Source: Eledone cirrhosa (lineage: Eukaryota). Taken from it: a stretch of 64,000 nt of DNA. The first letter of the stretch is position 1. Each line of letters opens with the position of its first letter. Below, one piece after another: positions 50,516-63,451 of the stretch. The notes under the pieces are model-generated. The model worked only from the letters and a program-made list of their open reading frames with translations, was not told where the DNA came from and ran no database searches. Where the stretch lies: NCBI GenBank assembly GCA_964016885.1, contig OZ024745.1, positions 69,006,001 through 69,070,000 of the forward strand, written 5' to 3'. The translations under genes and the position numbers were made by a program.

Positions 50516-50671
50516 GTTATACTTGGGAAGGGTCATATTTGTGTAATATTGCCAGAATTAATAACAGAACACACTCACTGTTTCGCGAGAAGCGAAAACC
50601 AACCAAACAGTGAGTGTGTTCTGTTATTAATTCTGGCAATATTACACAAATATGACCCTCCCCAAGTATAA

Positions 50672-50672
<1 letters not shown>
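50516..50672. mobile_element. Fold-back element, ~68-bp arms; related split copy at about 55250-55757
   Basis: GTTATACTTGGGAAGGGTCATATTTGTGTAATATTGCCAG...CACTGTTT / AAACAGTG...GACCCTCCCCAAGTATAAC; embedded in (TA)n. Confidence 0.88.
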
Positions 50673-50739
<67 letters not shown>

Positions 50740-51459
50740 CTAGGTATATATTTCCTAACATGTTCTTTCCATTTAAAGGACTATCTCTTTCCTTGCCCTT
50801 CTCTTACCAACTATTTTATACATGCTATCAAATGATTAGGTGAACTATCAGGCAGAAAAAGGTTTGGACTTATTTAGGAAGGAATATAATAGGGGAGGTT
50901 TTTCTGTCACGTAGATACTTATCGAAGTATTAAATTCATTATAAGGCTTTGAACCATATTATAACAATGGACTCTTTTTCCGTATGTGTTTGTGTGTATA
51001 AAAGCTTATATGTATTAATATATCTGTATCTAATGTGGTGTGTGGATGTGTGTGCGTAGCGTGGAAGATGAGCGTGTAGTATGTGTGTGATGACCGTTTG
51101 TGTTCGATTGTTGCATGTATGCGTATATTATTGTGTATGTGTGTGTGTGCATGTATGTACATATGCGTGTATTATTGTGTATGTGTGTCGTGCGTGTGGT
51201 GTGCGATGTGTGCATGAGTGTGTGTATGAATGTTGGTGAAATATGCTGAAGAATTCAATAGAAGATAATTAGAGAACATTTTTAGAAAAACATAACTGTA
51301 ACCTTTTAGAAATCTTCAAGTGGGTCATTATTGGCAAAGTTAACTCCCTTTATTGTCGCACATACATGACATGAGCACCATGTTATTGACTTTGTCATTA
51401 TTCCACTGCCATTCTAGCTTTGACTATCCTGTCATACATTCCAACGTAAAGGGAATTGA

Positions 51460-52080
51460 AATGGGCCTCCGTCGGTTTTGAAAATCAGTGTTTCAATTGT
51501 CTGGTAAGTGGAACATTCTACACTAGAAATCAATTCTTATAAGTGGCTGAACATTCTCCATCCACATATACCCATAACTTCATTCTCAGGGAGATTCAGT
51601 GTGACACAGTGTGCGTCAACTATGAACTTTAAATTACAGATACAGTCAACTTGACAGGCTTTCAAACAGTTTCTAATTATCTTAGTTCACTCATAAGGCT
51701 TCGGTTAACCTGAAACTTTGGTAAATTACATTTACCCAAGGGACTGTTCAATGGAATCGAACCCAGGGTTTTATGATTACGAATGGAACCTCTTAACCGG
51801 TTGGTGATACTACGTCCATAAAGCTGCAGTGGTGGATCATCTGTCGGCATCGAATCATAAATTAATGTATAAGTTGTTGAGTATTCTTTAGACAAGTGTA
51901 TCTTTAATTTAATTTTAGGGTATAGGGTTGTTCCCTGTTGAATTACAGGTACAGTCCATCCGATAGGCTTAAAAAAAAATTCCGTCTATTCAGAAGTCCT
52001 GTGTCATGACATTTAACTTTGATACTGATTAGTGAGATCGAATCCAAGACCTTATGCATCGCAAGCGATCTTTTAACCAA
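51460..52080 (-). mobile_element. Older CORE-type SINE copies
   Basis: TCAGGGAGATTCAG segment, ACCCAAGG core, GGAATCGAACCC (B box, reverse). Confidence 0.65.
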
Positions 52081-52489
52081 CGCGAAACACAAGTAAAAGT
52101 CTGGCTATACACACACACACACGCACACACACACACATATATATATATACATTAACATATTTTGAATTTACCATCCTGCTTATAAGACACATATATACAC
52201 ACATACATCTACACACACCCAATAATAACTGACAGCTGCCATTTTATAGATGTGGCCAAAATATTATTGGAAATCTTTGGGATATTTCATGCTTTTTAGT
52301 TAGCTGTGTCTTCAGAAATTTTACTTGATACCTGTCTAAGTACATTTGAAATAAGTAACCTTCTATTATACTAGGTAGGGTATTTCTGTAAGTATATAAA
52401 ATTTAGCGTTGAACAGTAGGAATAAAAAGAGAAAATGTGGCGAGTTGGCAAAGCAGTTAGAACGTTGGCTGAAATGATGTCTCTACACA

Positions 52490-54130
52490 GTGGGTTGTGT
52501 TGTTCAGTTGTATTGTTGTGGTATTTTTCAGTTGTATTGTTCAGTTGTATTGTTGTTACATTGTATTGTGCTATAGCTCTATTGTAGTGTTGTATTATTG
52601 AATATTTATGTTGTAGTGGTTTTGTGATATACTGTTGATATATTGAAGTTGTGTTGTGATCTACTGTTGATATGTTGTGGTAGTATTGTGATGTTTTACA
52701 CTTGTACGGCAGCGTTATTATGTTGATATGTTGTCACAGTGTTGTGAGGTTTTACCATTGTAAGCGGGTGCAGTTGTGTTGATGTCGTGGCAGTGTTAGG
52801 TGGTAGTGTTGTAATGCACTATTGGTGTAATGTAGTAGTGCTGTAATGTTTTACAGTTGTATTGCAGTGTTGTTTTGATATATTGTGGTCATGCTGTGAT
52901 ATAGTATCGATATGTTGTGATGTTTTACCATTGTACGACAGTGTTGTTATGTAGTTCAGTTGTGGCAGTGTTGTAATGTTTACTATTGCTCGGCAGCCTT
53001 GTTGTGTTGTTATGCTGTGGTAGGGTATGATGTTTACCATTGTACGGCAGCGTTGTTGTGTTGTTATGCTGTGGTGGGGTTGTGATGTTTGACAGTTGTA
53101 CAGCAGTATTGTTTAGTTCAGTTGTGGTAGTGTTGTGATGTTAACCATTACACGGCAGCCTTGTTGTGTTGTTATGCTGTGGTAGGGTTGTGATGTTTAA
53201 CAGTTGTACAGCAGTATTGTGTAGTTCAGTTGTGGTAGTGTTGTGATGTTAACCATTACACGGCAGCCTTGTTGTGTTGTTATGCTGTGGTGGGGTTGTG
53301 ATGTTTGACAGTTGTACAGCAGTATTGTGTAGTTCAGTTGTGGTAGTGTTGTGATGTTAACCATTACACGGCAGCCTTGTTGTGTTGTTATGCTGTGGTA
53401 GGGTTGTGATGTTTAACAGTTGTACAGCAGTATTGTGTAGTTCAGTTGTGGTAGGGTTGTGATGTTAACCATTACACGGCAGCCTTGTTGTGTTGTTATG
53501 CTGTGGTAGGGTTGTGATGTTTAACAGTTGTACAGCAGTATTGTGTAGTTCAGTTGTGGTAGGGTTGTGATGTTAACCATTACACGGCAGCCTTGTTGTG
53601 TTGTTATGCTGTGGTAGGGTTGTGATGTTTAACAGTTGTACAGCAGTATTGTGTAGTTCAGTTGTGGTAGGGTTGTGATGTTAACCATTACACGGCAGCC
53701 TTGTTGTGTTGTTATGCTGTGGTGGGGTTGTGATGTTTGACAGTTGTACAGCAGTATTGTGTAGTTCAGTTGTGGTAGTGTTGTGATGTTAACCATTACA
53801 CGGCAGCCTTGTTGTGTTGTTATGCTGTAGTAGGGTTGTGATGTTTAACAGTTGTACAGCAGTATTGTGTAGTTCAGTTGTGGTAGTGTTGTGATGTTTA
53901 CCATTGAACGGCAGTCTTGTTGTATTGCTATGCTGTGGTGGGGTTGTGATGTTTAACAGTTGTACAGCAGTATTGTGTAGTTCAGTTGTGGTAGTGTTAT
54001 GATGTTTACCATTGCACAGCAGCCTTATCTGTTGTTATGCTGTGGCAGTGTTGTGACGTTTACCATTGCACGGTAGCCTTGTTGCTTTGTTATGCTGTGG
54101 TAGGGTTGTGATGTTTTCCAGTTATAAGGC
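52490..54130. repeat. G/T-rich minisatellite; homogeneous core of ~108-bp dimeric units with degenerate flanks
   Basis: CAGCAGTATT at 53101, 53209, 53317, 53425, 53533, 53641, 53749, 53857 and 53965 (period 108); each unit has two related ~52/56-bp subunits. Confidence 0.93.
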
Positions 54131-55213
54131 AGTGCTGGCTGTTGTGAATGAACAATCTACAGCTCACAGATTGGTGTTTTTCTGCCTCTTCAGCCACAAC
54201 CTCTGCTGCATTTATTATGTTGACACTGAAGTAGATTTGCTTAGAGCAAACAACAGGCAACCGACTGTAAGTAGTCTCATTTATTATTTTCGATCTGTTT
54301 TCCCATTTTACTTCATCTCTCCCACCACTCTACAAATGTTTCAATCACAACTAATTTATACACAACCACAAGCCTGAATTTGCTGCTATGTCTTTTGGTC
54401 ACTTGCCAAGTATATCTCAACTGACATTATAGACTTTTGGACGGGAGGGGGTTTATTGTTGTTGTTGTTATTGCAATTGTTGTCGTCACTGTCGTTGTTG
54501 TTGTGCTGGTTTTGTTTTTGGTTTTCGGTTTTTGCTTTCTACTTTTATATTATATTTGTTATTTCCCAACAGGCATTAGTCCTGGTGGAGCCATATCATT
54601 TACACCTGTCACTTAGGCCAATACATTTGCTTCCGCCTACTTCTAAATCCTCATACAGTGACATTAATTACCATCTGCCTGTTATAGCATTTCTTCTTGA
54701 GCTATTGGTTGAAGTAATCTATAGTGAAACTAGATGTTCAAAAGAGCCAAGCCTCTCTCTAGACAAACAAGTCAAACATTATAGACACTATAACTAATAT
54801 TGTTTCCAAATGCTTTGTTCCGCTACACTAAGCTACTCCAACTTTCATATATATATATATGTATATATATATACATACAGAGAGAGAGAGAGAGAGAGAG
54901 AGCGGAATATATTACCCTACCAGAGTTTTTCCTTATTCAGTGAATTCTGTCAATATTATTACTATTCTAGTATAAATATATAAAATGTTATTCCAACACA
55001 GAAACACGCGCACACCACGCACATGTACATACACATATACATTTGGCTGTGCCAGTGGGAGAAACAAAACAATAGTGATATATAATTTATTATAGTTGTG
55101 AGATATACCAGTAACTCGAGGGCCAATAATTTCGTGCTTAATGCACTCAAACATAAATTTATATATACTATATGGTTGTATATTATATATATATATATAT
55201 ATACACCTTGCAA

Positions 55214-55247
<34 letters not shown>

Positions 55248-55249
55248 TT

Positions 55250-55461
55250 TGTTTTGCAAGGTTTTTGATATGAGATCTTGTGTCGAAACAAATATACTTG
55301 GGGAGGGTCATATTGTAAGTAAATAAATAAATAAATATATACACAAGTACAATAACAACAAACACATATAAACACACACGAGGGAACAAAGATAGAATAC
55401 GAAAACAAAAAAACACATACACTCAAACGCGAACACGCATGCGCAGAGACAGAGACAAGAA

Positions 55462-55492
<31 letters not shown>

Positions 55493-55757
55493 AAATGGCG
55501 TAGACATACAATACAACACGAGGAAACACAATAGTACCACAGACGTGCAATGAAAAAACTTTGATAGACTATATATATATGTATATATTTATATCTGTAT
55601 CTTTAACAGCTGGTCAATCAATGATAAACATTGATTGCCAAATAAATTAACTATGGAAATATAAAAGATACAGAAGCGAAAACCGACCAAACAGTGAGTG
55701 TGTTCTGTTATTATTTCTGGCAATATTACAACAATATGACCCTCCCCAAGTATAACA
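55250..55757. mobile_element. Second, interrupted copy of the 50516-50672 fold-back family
   Basis: TATACTTGGGGAGGGTCATATTGT at about 55293 and AAACAGTGAGTGTGTTCTG...GACCCTCCCCAAGTATAAC at about 55690-55757. Confidence 0.75.
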
Positions 55758-56084
55758 CATATATATATATTATATATCATGTTTAATATAGATATGGCTT
55801 CTACAGGACTAGAACTGTTTCATTCAAATGAAATGCTTACTTACAGTGGTTACTTCCGGTTCAATCCGGGACTCATATATATATATATATATTAATAAAA
55901 GAAATTCCAACTTTGTCTGATTTACTCGTTTTATTTACAATCCTTTAAAATTATAATGATATTATAATGAAATAGTATGGTAGAATATTAAATGTTAAGT
56001 GTTAATTGTACTTTCATGCTTTCGCAATCTTCAGGTTCATATTCAGTGGTGACAGTCAAGTTTGCAATTTTCAACTGTTGACAG

Positions 56085-56263
56085 TTCATATACTTAACAT
56101 GTATGTGCAACCTTAGGTTTTGGGTTCAAGTTATGACTACCACTGTATAGTGGAACGGACCCTTAGAAGAGAGGTCAGTTTTACAAGCGCTACTTAACTA
56201 TACAGTGATAGTCATAACTTGACCCCAAAACCTAAGTTCGCGCATACATATTAAGTGTATGAA
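56085..56263. repeat. Fold-back element, ~65-bp arms
   Basis: CTTAGGTTTTGGGTTCAAGTTATGACTACCACTGTATAG / CTATACAGTGATAGTCATAACTTGACCCCAAAACCTAAG. Confidence 0.82.
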
Positions 56264-56419
56264 ATTTACAATAATATAAATTAAATAAGCACTTGTACTA
56301 GATGGAACATTTTTCCTTGGTCTATTATCTACGGATACCCTGCACACACAAACACACACACATATATGTATACTATAAAGTTGTGCATAAGTGCACATGT
56401 GTGTGTATGTGTATATATG

Positions 56420-56730
56420 TTGATGCAGGCTTGACTGAGTGGTTACGAATTTGGCTTCGCAATCATAAGGTCTCAGGTTCAAACTCACGATGGGGTATCT
56501 TGGGAAAGAACCTTTATTGTAGCCATGGGCCGACCCTAGCCTGGATTTGGATTGACCGAAACTGTGTGAAAGATTGTCGCATGAGTGGCTCCTGTAATTC
56601 AAAAGTTACACATTGTGTCGTTAAACTACACGTGTTTGTGAAATACTCAATTTCTTACACGTTAACTAACGATTTGGACGTTCAGTTGCTTGAGTGACTG
56701 AATACTCATCGTCGAAAGAGACGGAAGATT
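56420..56730 (+). mobile_element. Older tRNA-derived CORE-type SINE
   Basis: TGACTGAGTGG A box, GGTTCAAACTC B box, TCTTGGGAAAG core. Confidence 0.7.
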
Positions 56731-56899
56731 CATCTCTTTCTATAACCGGAATTGTGGTTCTAAAAACTGAAATATATGTTCATTGTAATTGTGGTCGAGT
56801 GGTTGAGTATTCCACAGAAACCTATTCGTAACGTAGCCCTTAAGCAGAATTAACATAACATGATTTAATTCAAAAGCCTTCGGTCAATCCGAATCTGCT

Positions 56900-57145
56900 G
56901 AGCTGTTGATTCAAGTGTGTATTTAGCTAAGCGTGTGTTTATCTAACTGTGTGTTGATCTAAGAGTATGTTGATCTGTTGACATACGATTGTCTTGATCT
57001 GCTGATATAAAAGTGTGTTGATCTAAGGATTTGTTGGTCTATAGGTCTGTTGATCTGTTGATCTAAGAGCCTTTTGATTTGGATCTACCCGTGTGTTGAT
57101 TTGTTGATCTAAACGTCAGTTGATCTAAGCGCCTGGTGACCTAAG
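56900..57145. repeat. Degenerate TGTTGATCT(AAG) minisatellite inside a SINE remnant
   Basis: About a dozen imperfect TGTTGATCT motifs. Confidence 0.75.
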
Positions 57146-58479
57146 GTTCTGTTTCCGTTTACTTAATTTCAATCACAAAATTTGAATTAGCTCGAAGCTA
57201 TGGTAAATAACATTTTCCCAAGTTGCAATGTAGAGAGATCGAACCCGATACCTTATGATTGCATCCAAACTTCTTAACCTTACACAACACTGCATCCTCA
57301 ATTGAAAAATATTAAATTTACAGCTCTCACCTTTGAAAGGTTAACTTGCCTCCTACAAGGCTGTATCTAATAGAAAGTTTCCCGGGTGTTTTAATGTTAA
57401 GGAGCTCGTTCCTATCATGTAAAGCAACGAGAAAGGAAGAGTCTTACTCAAGAACACAACACACCACCCGGTGAAGGAACCGAACTCACGATCTTATGGT
57501 CGTGAGTTTAGACTCACGACCATAAGATCCTACATCACTAGACCACTGTTCAAAACCGACTGGTGATATAAACATAAGTGGATACAGTAAAGCGATCGGT
57601 TTGACAAAGATATAAGAGCGTTGATTCTCAACGAGCTCCACTTTACTTTTCATTTTTTGAGGTCGATAAAGAAGGTGCTATCAAAATACTTGAGCCGCCT
57701 TGTATCTTCTAGCTATCACAATTCTGGATGTTCCGCTGGATCAAAGGCGAGAGGGTCGAGATGGTATTTGTTCTTGCTCGCAATTTCTTTGACACCTAAA
57801 ATCCTTAAAGATAGCAGAGTACATACTGTCAAGTCATACTCAACTACCAGAAAACAAAGTCACAATTTGGGAAGGGATAACTATCACTCTATCTGATCGA
57901 AAAATAAATAGGAAGACATACAAAAGCCATAGAAAGCTGTAGAAACCATAGCCAGGTTGGCCTTAGTTGCGATCAACTGGATAATTTAAAATAGCAGTCA
58001 AATAAAAATTGACGGCCATTTCAAATTATCATTTTTTTCCATAGTTTGATTAAACATTTTTCTAATTTAATCTCCATTTTATCTCAATTCTACAAAAACA
58101 ATAAAAAAAAACATTAAAAAATTTAAACAAACTTTGTTTAAATTTTTTTGTTTTTTCCTTTTCCAATATTTGTATTCATGAAATATGTAAATGTGTGAGT
58201 TTCATTGATTTTTATTTATATAAGATCGTGAAATTTATGAATACATTTTTTTTTTCATCATCATCTACCCCCATCACCACCTCCATCACCACAACAGCCA
58301 CCAACCCGCTCCATCCTAGTTGGCTGCTGCTCTCATTTTCTTATGGATGAACGTAAGTGTCACAACTAGTTCAAGTCAACATCATCGTGCATCATGCAGC
58401 AGATGATAAGAAGATATGCCAAGACAGAAAAAAAATGGCAGAACAGAAGAGCTAAGCTGCTGAAAAAAAATTCTAACCC

Positions 58480-58925
58480 GTCCCCGATTCCTCCTCCTCC
58501 TGCATTAGTCTTCTCTCATTCTTCATTCCTCTCCCTTTTCACCCTCCTCTTATTCCTCTTTCTCCTCCTACTGCATTCCTCCTCCCCTTTCTCTTCCTCC
58601 TCCTTCTCTTCTTCCTCCTCAATCTCCTCCTTCTCCATTCTTCCGCCGCTCTTTTCCGCGCTCTCTATCTCTACCCTCCTCTTCCTCGTTCTCTTTCTCC
58701 CCCATTCCCCCCACCTCTGCGTCTTACTCCTAAACCCTTCCTCCCCGCCATCTTCCTCCATCTCTTCTTCCTCAATTCCTCCACTTCTGCATCCTACTCC
58801 CCTCTTCCTAAACCTCTCATCCTCATCCTGATCCACTTCATCTCCTTCCTTCCTCATCTCCTTCACTCCTCTCTTCTCCCTTCCCCACCCCTCCTCCTCC
58901 TCTCCCCCCCTCCCTGTCGTCTTCC
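58480..58925. repeat. Polypyrimidine (CT-rich) low-complexity tract
   Basis: Direct reading. Confidence 0.9.
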
Positions 58926-59139
58926 AATATTTTGAGATCGATATTATGCAAGTGAAATTCTATTCTGCAACATTGGTTAATGATACTGTGATATATGTAG
59001 GTGACAGAGCACATTCCTTGCACTTTACATAGGTTTTACAATCACAGCACTAGAGGAAATCAAACACACAAACAAACAAATAAAACGAACGCTATTTTAC
59101 AGGAAGAGTTCTTTTTTTTTTGAGTAGACTGTCATGCGC

Positions 59140-59460
59140 ACCCTCACCTCGGTAAGACCGACTATTGGTTTGAACCCAAGAAGATTCCTCTCCAAGGAAC
59201 GAACCCGGACAATGTACTTTGTGGACGAGCAGTGATTGCCCATGCATGCCAGTTATTTTTCTCTCAACATGATGTTGTCCAAGACAAAGGACGACAGAGA
59301 TTGGCACAGATCTCGTCATAACGGATATTTCCAGCTCAGTTAATTGGAGCAACGTGAAATAAAGTATGTTGCTCAAGGCTGAAACGTCCTTCCTGGTTTC
59401 AGAATTGAACTTACAAAGAGTTGTGAGCCTAACACTGCAATTACTAGCCTACTTGGAGGA
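59140..59460 (-). mobile_element. Older CORE-type SINE
   Basis: GAGCAACGTGAAATAAAG..TTGCTCAAGG core; GAATTGAAC B box (reverse). Confidence 0.65.
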
Positions 59461-59744
59461 GCAACATCTGTGTAAAGACTTAAAGCTCCCCACCTCATTT
59501 TTATTGTTATATGAGTACATGCTAGAAAACGTATTTCTATCAAATTATATTAAAATATATATATTATTAAGAAATTTTGGAAGATTAGTTGTCGGGAAAG
59601 TGATTTAATCTGAGACCATGTGTTGCCGCGAAAGTAATTACATCATAGATGTGTCATTTTAACCATTCAAACATACATGAGACTGTTAACTTCATTTTAT
59701 ATTTAACGTTTATTTATTGGTGTTAATATTTCCGTCGACTAAAT

Positions 59745-59935
59745 TAGTAGTGCGTAGGGTAAGATGCCATTGATATATTTGTAATGGTACTTTATATTCT
59801 GAGTTCAAATTCCGCTTAGGTCAACATTGTCTTTCAACATTCCGGGGTCGATAAAATAAAGTAACAATAAAGTACTGAGTTTGATTTTAACAACATAGCT
59901 TTCCCCCCAAATTTGCTGGTTAAGTGCCTAAATAA
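59745..59935 (+). mobile_element. Second-family SINE, diverged
   Basis: GAGTTCAAATTCC B box; GGGGTCGATAAAATAAAGTA. Confidence 0.75.
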
Positions 59936-60481
59936 AATTAGTAATCAATATTTGTATCTCAATACCTGTGACATGGTCACTGACACAGTCCCACGGCAAC
60001 TCATTATTAAGAAAGTCATGAGGAAACATGCCAGTACAAGAAAGTTGGAGTTTTCATGATATCTAAATAACTGTAACAGATTTGTTCTCTGTATTACAAA
60101 GTTTTCCTATTTATCGACAACCGAAAGCGAAAAGGAAGCTAGAACTGAAGCTAGCTTTCGGCTTATAGATAGAATAAAATAAAGTGGAATGGTAAATAAA
60201 AAACAAAAGAATTTTGGTGAAGAGATTGTAAGTAATTTATTATGGCGAATAGCTACTGGTTTCTGAGAATCCTGGAAGTTCTACTGATAAGAAGGAAACA
60301 GCTCACACAGCCTTGAAGGATTTACGACTTTCGGATAAGAACTACAGTTATCACCTGTATAACAAAACGAACTAAAATAATACAGGAAGCAAAGGAATAA
60401 TAATAATACCATATTTGGAGCTTCTTCATATCGAAATCTTGTAAATTTTAGATTGATATAGAAAGTCTATATGTGTGCACG

Positions 60482-60558
<77 letters not shown>

Positions 60559-61112
60559 TATATAGACAGACATACAGTCACATATATATATATTTATGTA
60601 CTAGTATACGAATATATATTATCAGAGAATTTTTCCTTTGCGGTAAACTGGTCAAATACGACAGAGGAAGCAATTATGTTTATTTATATCTTACTACAGT
60701 TGTTAAGTTGGAAGGTAACCAGACGAAATACAGAAATAAAAAACAAATTTAGATTACTGAGACACACGCATACTGACACACACATGCGCACACTTCAGAC
60801 ATGGGCAAGCATACACAAGTGATAAATGATTGATTGCATAATAAGCACAGGTATAATTATCTGGTTAAGAAGTTAACTTCGGAAACTCGTGGGTCAGGAT
60901 TCAATCCTACTTCGCGTGGCAAGAGCACGTGGTTTCTACTAAAGTCTCGTGTTGACGAATGTCTTGTGAGTGGAATTTTTTAGAAGAAAACTGCGCATGT
61001 ATATATATATATTTAAAAGAACATTTTCGGTCTACATGGCTGAATACAATAAATGTTATCTACAAACGAATCGAATGTTATTATTAATATTCGAAAAAAC
61101 TCAGATTACATT

Positions 61113-61161
<49 letters not shown>

Positions 61162-61296
61162 TATATACATAAATATAAATATATATATATATATATATAT
61201 AAAGGTATTTACAATGTAGGAAGCAAGTACATACATACATAGACACACACCGATACACACACATATATATATATATATAAATGTGTGTGTGTGTGT

Positions 61297-61350
<54 letters not shown>

Positions 61351-62395
61351 GTCAGTTTATCTATCATGTAATGTCTCCCTCTATTGGGGAAAATCGATTA
61401 TTTTTTAAATTGCATTTGTGATAGTATTTTACACGTTTTTATTGTATGTAAACTTCCCCCTTTGTATTTGTCACCTTCTTTTGTGCCCTGGTGGCTAATA
61501 AAGAAACATATCTATGACACTAGTATAGTTAGATTCAACCCAATTTCAACCGATATAACAATTTTTTCACTAAACATCCATTCCTCAATTTCCTAATGGA
61601 ATGAATAAAGAAGCAGTAGGAAATGCGACGGGAAACTTCTTCAGATGAAACGGGAACAGAATTTCAGCAACTAAACTAATGAAAAGCATAAATAACAATA
61701 TGTTTGTTATTACAACCATACTCTTACGGGTGATATGTTTAAAAAAAAACAATGATGCTACGAATCTAATCATTCTTGATTGTGGTTATTAGTAAATAAT
61801 TATCATTAAAGCCCTATCATCACTATTAATAACATGGATGTTAAACCTTTTACGATATTATTACTACTCCAATTACTATTAATTAACAATGTGAGCATTT
61901 ATTGTTGGTATAATATATGGAAACCTTTTTACCTTTAAAACATTATTTAGGCTTCAAATGTTATTGTGATCAATCTTTGGCTTGGTAATGTAACCAGTAC
62001 TGGTGCAAAGATAAACTATCCTGATATGTCCTGACAATTGGCACATCTATTTGTATTATCTATCAGCTTTACTGTCGGATGGTGACAATAAGTCTGGCAT
62101 TGCCTTATATTCCACGGATGAGAAAAGAGGATGGGCTTAAATTTAGACAAGGGATTATCTCTGTTGGACAAATAAAATTTCCTAAAATAAAACAAAAATA
62201 AAATAAAATTAAAATTACGGGAAAACGCGTTCTCCACAATTAACTCTGGTTAATTTACAAGGGCAATCAGATGCAGAGTGGGAACTGCTAAACAAGGTGA
62301 CTAATTAGATGCACATCTTACTAATCTGACTCCACTGAGGGCTCTTATCTGACATGGTTACACTCCCAAGTAGAAATCTCTATCTGTTTATATTC

Positions 62396-62472
62396 AAATT
62401 ATTCCACGCTACCTTTAAACACGTAGTTTGTTTAAATTATTCCACGATACCTTTAAACACGTAGTATGTTTA
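62396..62472. repeat. 38-bp tandem duplication
   Basis: AAATTATTCCACG.TACCTTTAAACACGTAGT.TGTTT x2. Confidence 0.85.
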
Positions 62473-62822
62473 AGCATGTATACATGTCATATATGTGTAT
62501 AGCTGTGTGTGTCGCTATATGTGTATGAATTAGAAATGTTCACAATGAATAGAGGAATTTCTCAAAATATGCCTTCCGTTGAAATGCATAAAAACTCACC
62601 AATTACACAGATGTAAAACAAACTGTTTAAATCCAATGTAGGGATATTCTTGAAGAAAATCTTCTAAAGGAGGAAAATACATATGTTCTCTAGGGAAGAT
62701 TCCGGAATAAGAAAATAGACATGATTATATATACAGAAACAATTGTAAGGGTTTATAATAAATTGCCGTGTGAAAAGTTCATTGCCTTTTGTCATTTACA
62801 AGTGACGGCTGCAGTTTTGGTT

Positions 62823-62823
<1 letters not shown>

Positions 62824-62897
<74 letters not shown>
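62824..62897. repeat. (TATC)n microsatellite
   Basis: Direct reading. Confidence 0.95.
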
Positions 62898-62898
<1 letters not shown>

Positions 62899-63451
62899 TT
62901 GCCTGAAGCGTGGAACATCGCCGATAAGATTTTTTGTAAATTTATATACGAAAAACAGAACAAATTGTTTAAAAAAACATATTATTTTGTAGATTAACCC
63001 CCAAGCTGAATTGTCAGCTGGGTGGTAATCCCATTTAGCGCCCCTTTAGGGACGAAAATTTAATTAAAATATTGTTTTAAAATATCAAATTTTGCCAACT
63101 ATAAAACATGAATAATACGAAAAGAACGCTGGAGAACGTCGACAGAGAAAAGAGAGAGAAAGAGGCAGGTTTTAAAGTTATATCTGCTTCTGGATGTCGC
63201 CATAGATACGACTGTCAACAAAGGAAAACAAATATTGCCAATTGAAGATTGTACAATTTCTACCGTTGAAGCAGAGAAAAATGAAAACACAGGAATTAAA
63301 CCCATTAACATACATACACATGAAAAAAACATCAACAACTCCACAGATACATCTACACATAAAGTTTCACCTCATCAAGGAACTGAGATTGCCAACACCG
63401 AGGCTAACAAGGATAACAACAACAACAACAACAACAACAACACCACACAAA

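Noticed and set aside
52819-54377. Mucin-like or Thr-rich repeat protein from the 108-bp array
   Set aside because: Stops recur in the units and the ORF track shows no long frame spanning the array.
58394-58866. S/P/L-rich and E/R-rich ORFs
   Set aside because: Translations of a polypyrimidine low-complexity tract.
61590-62240. Possible decayed tyrosine-recombinase or Cys-rich coding remnant (ISATKLMKS; CQTYC..CANC)
   Set aside because: Motifs are too short, lie on opposite strands and are interrupted by many stops; not supportable without a profile search.
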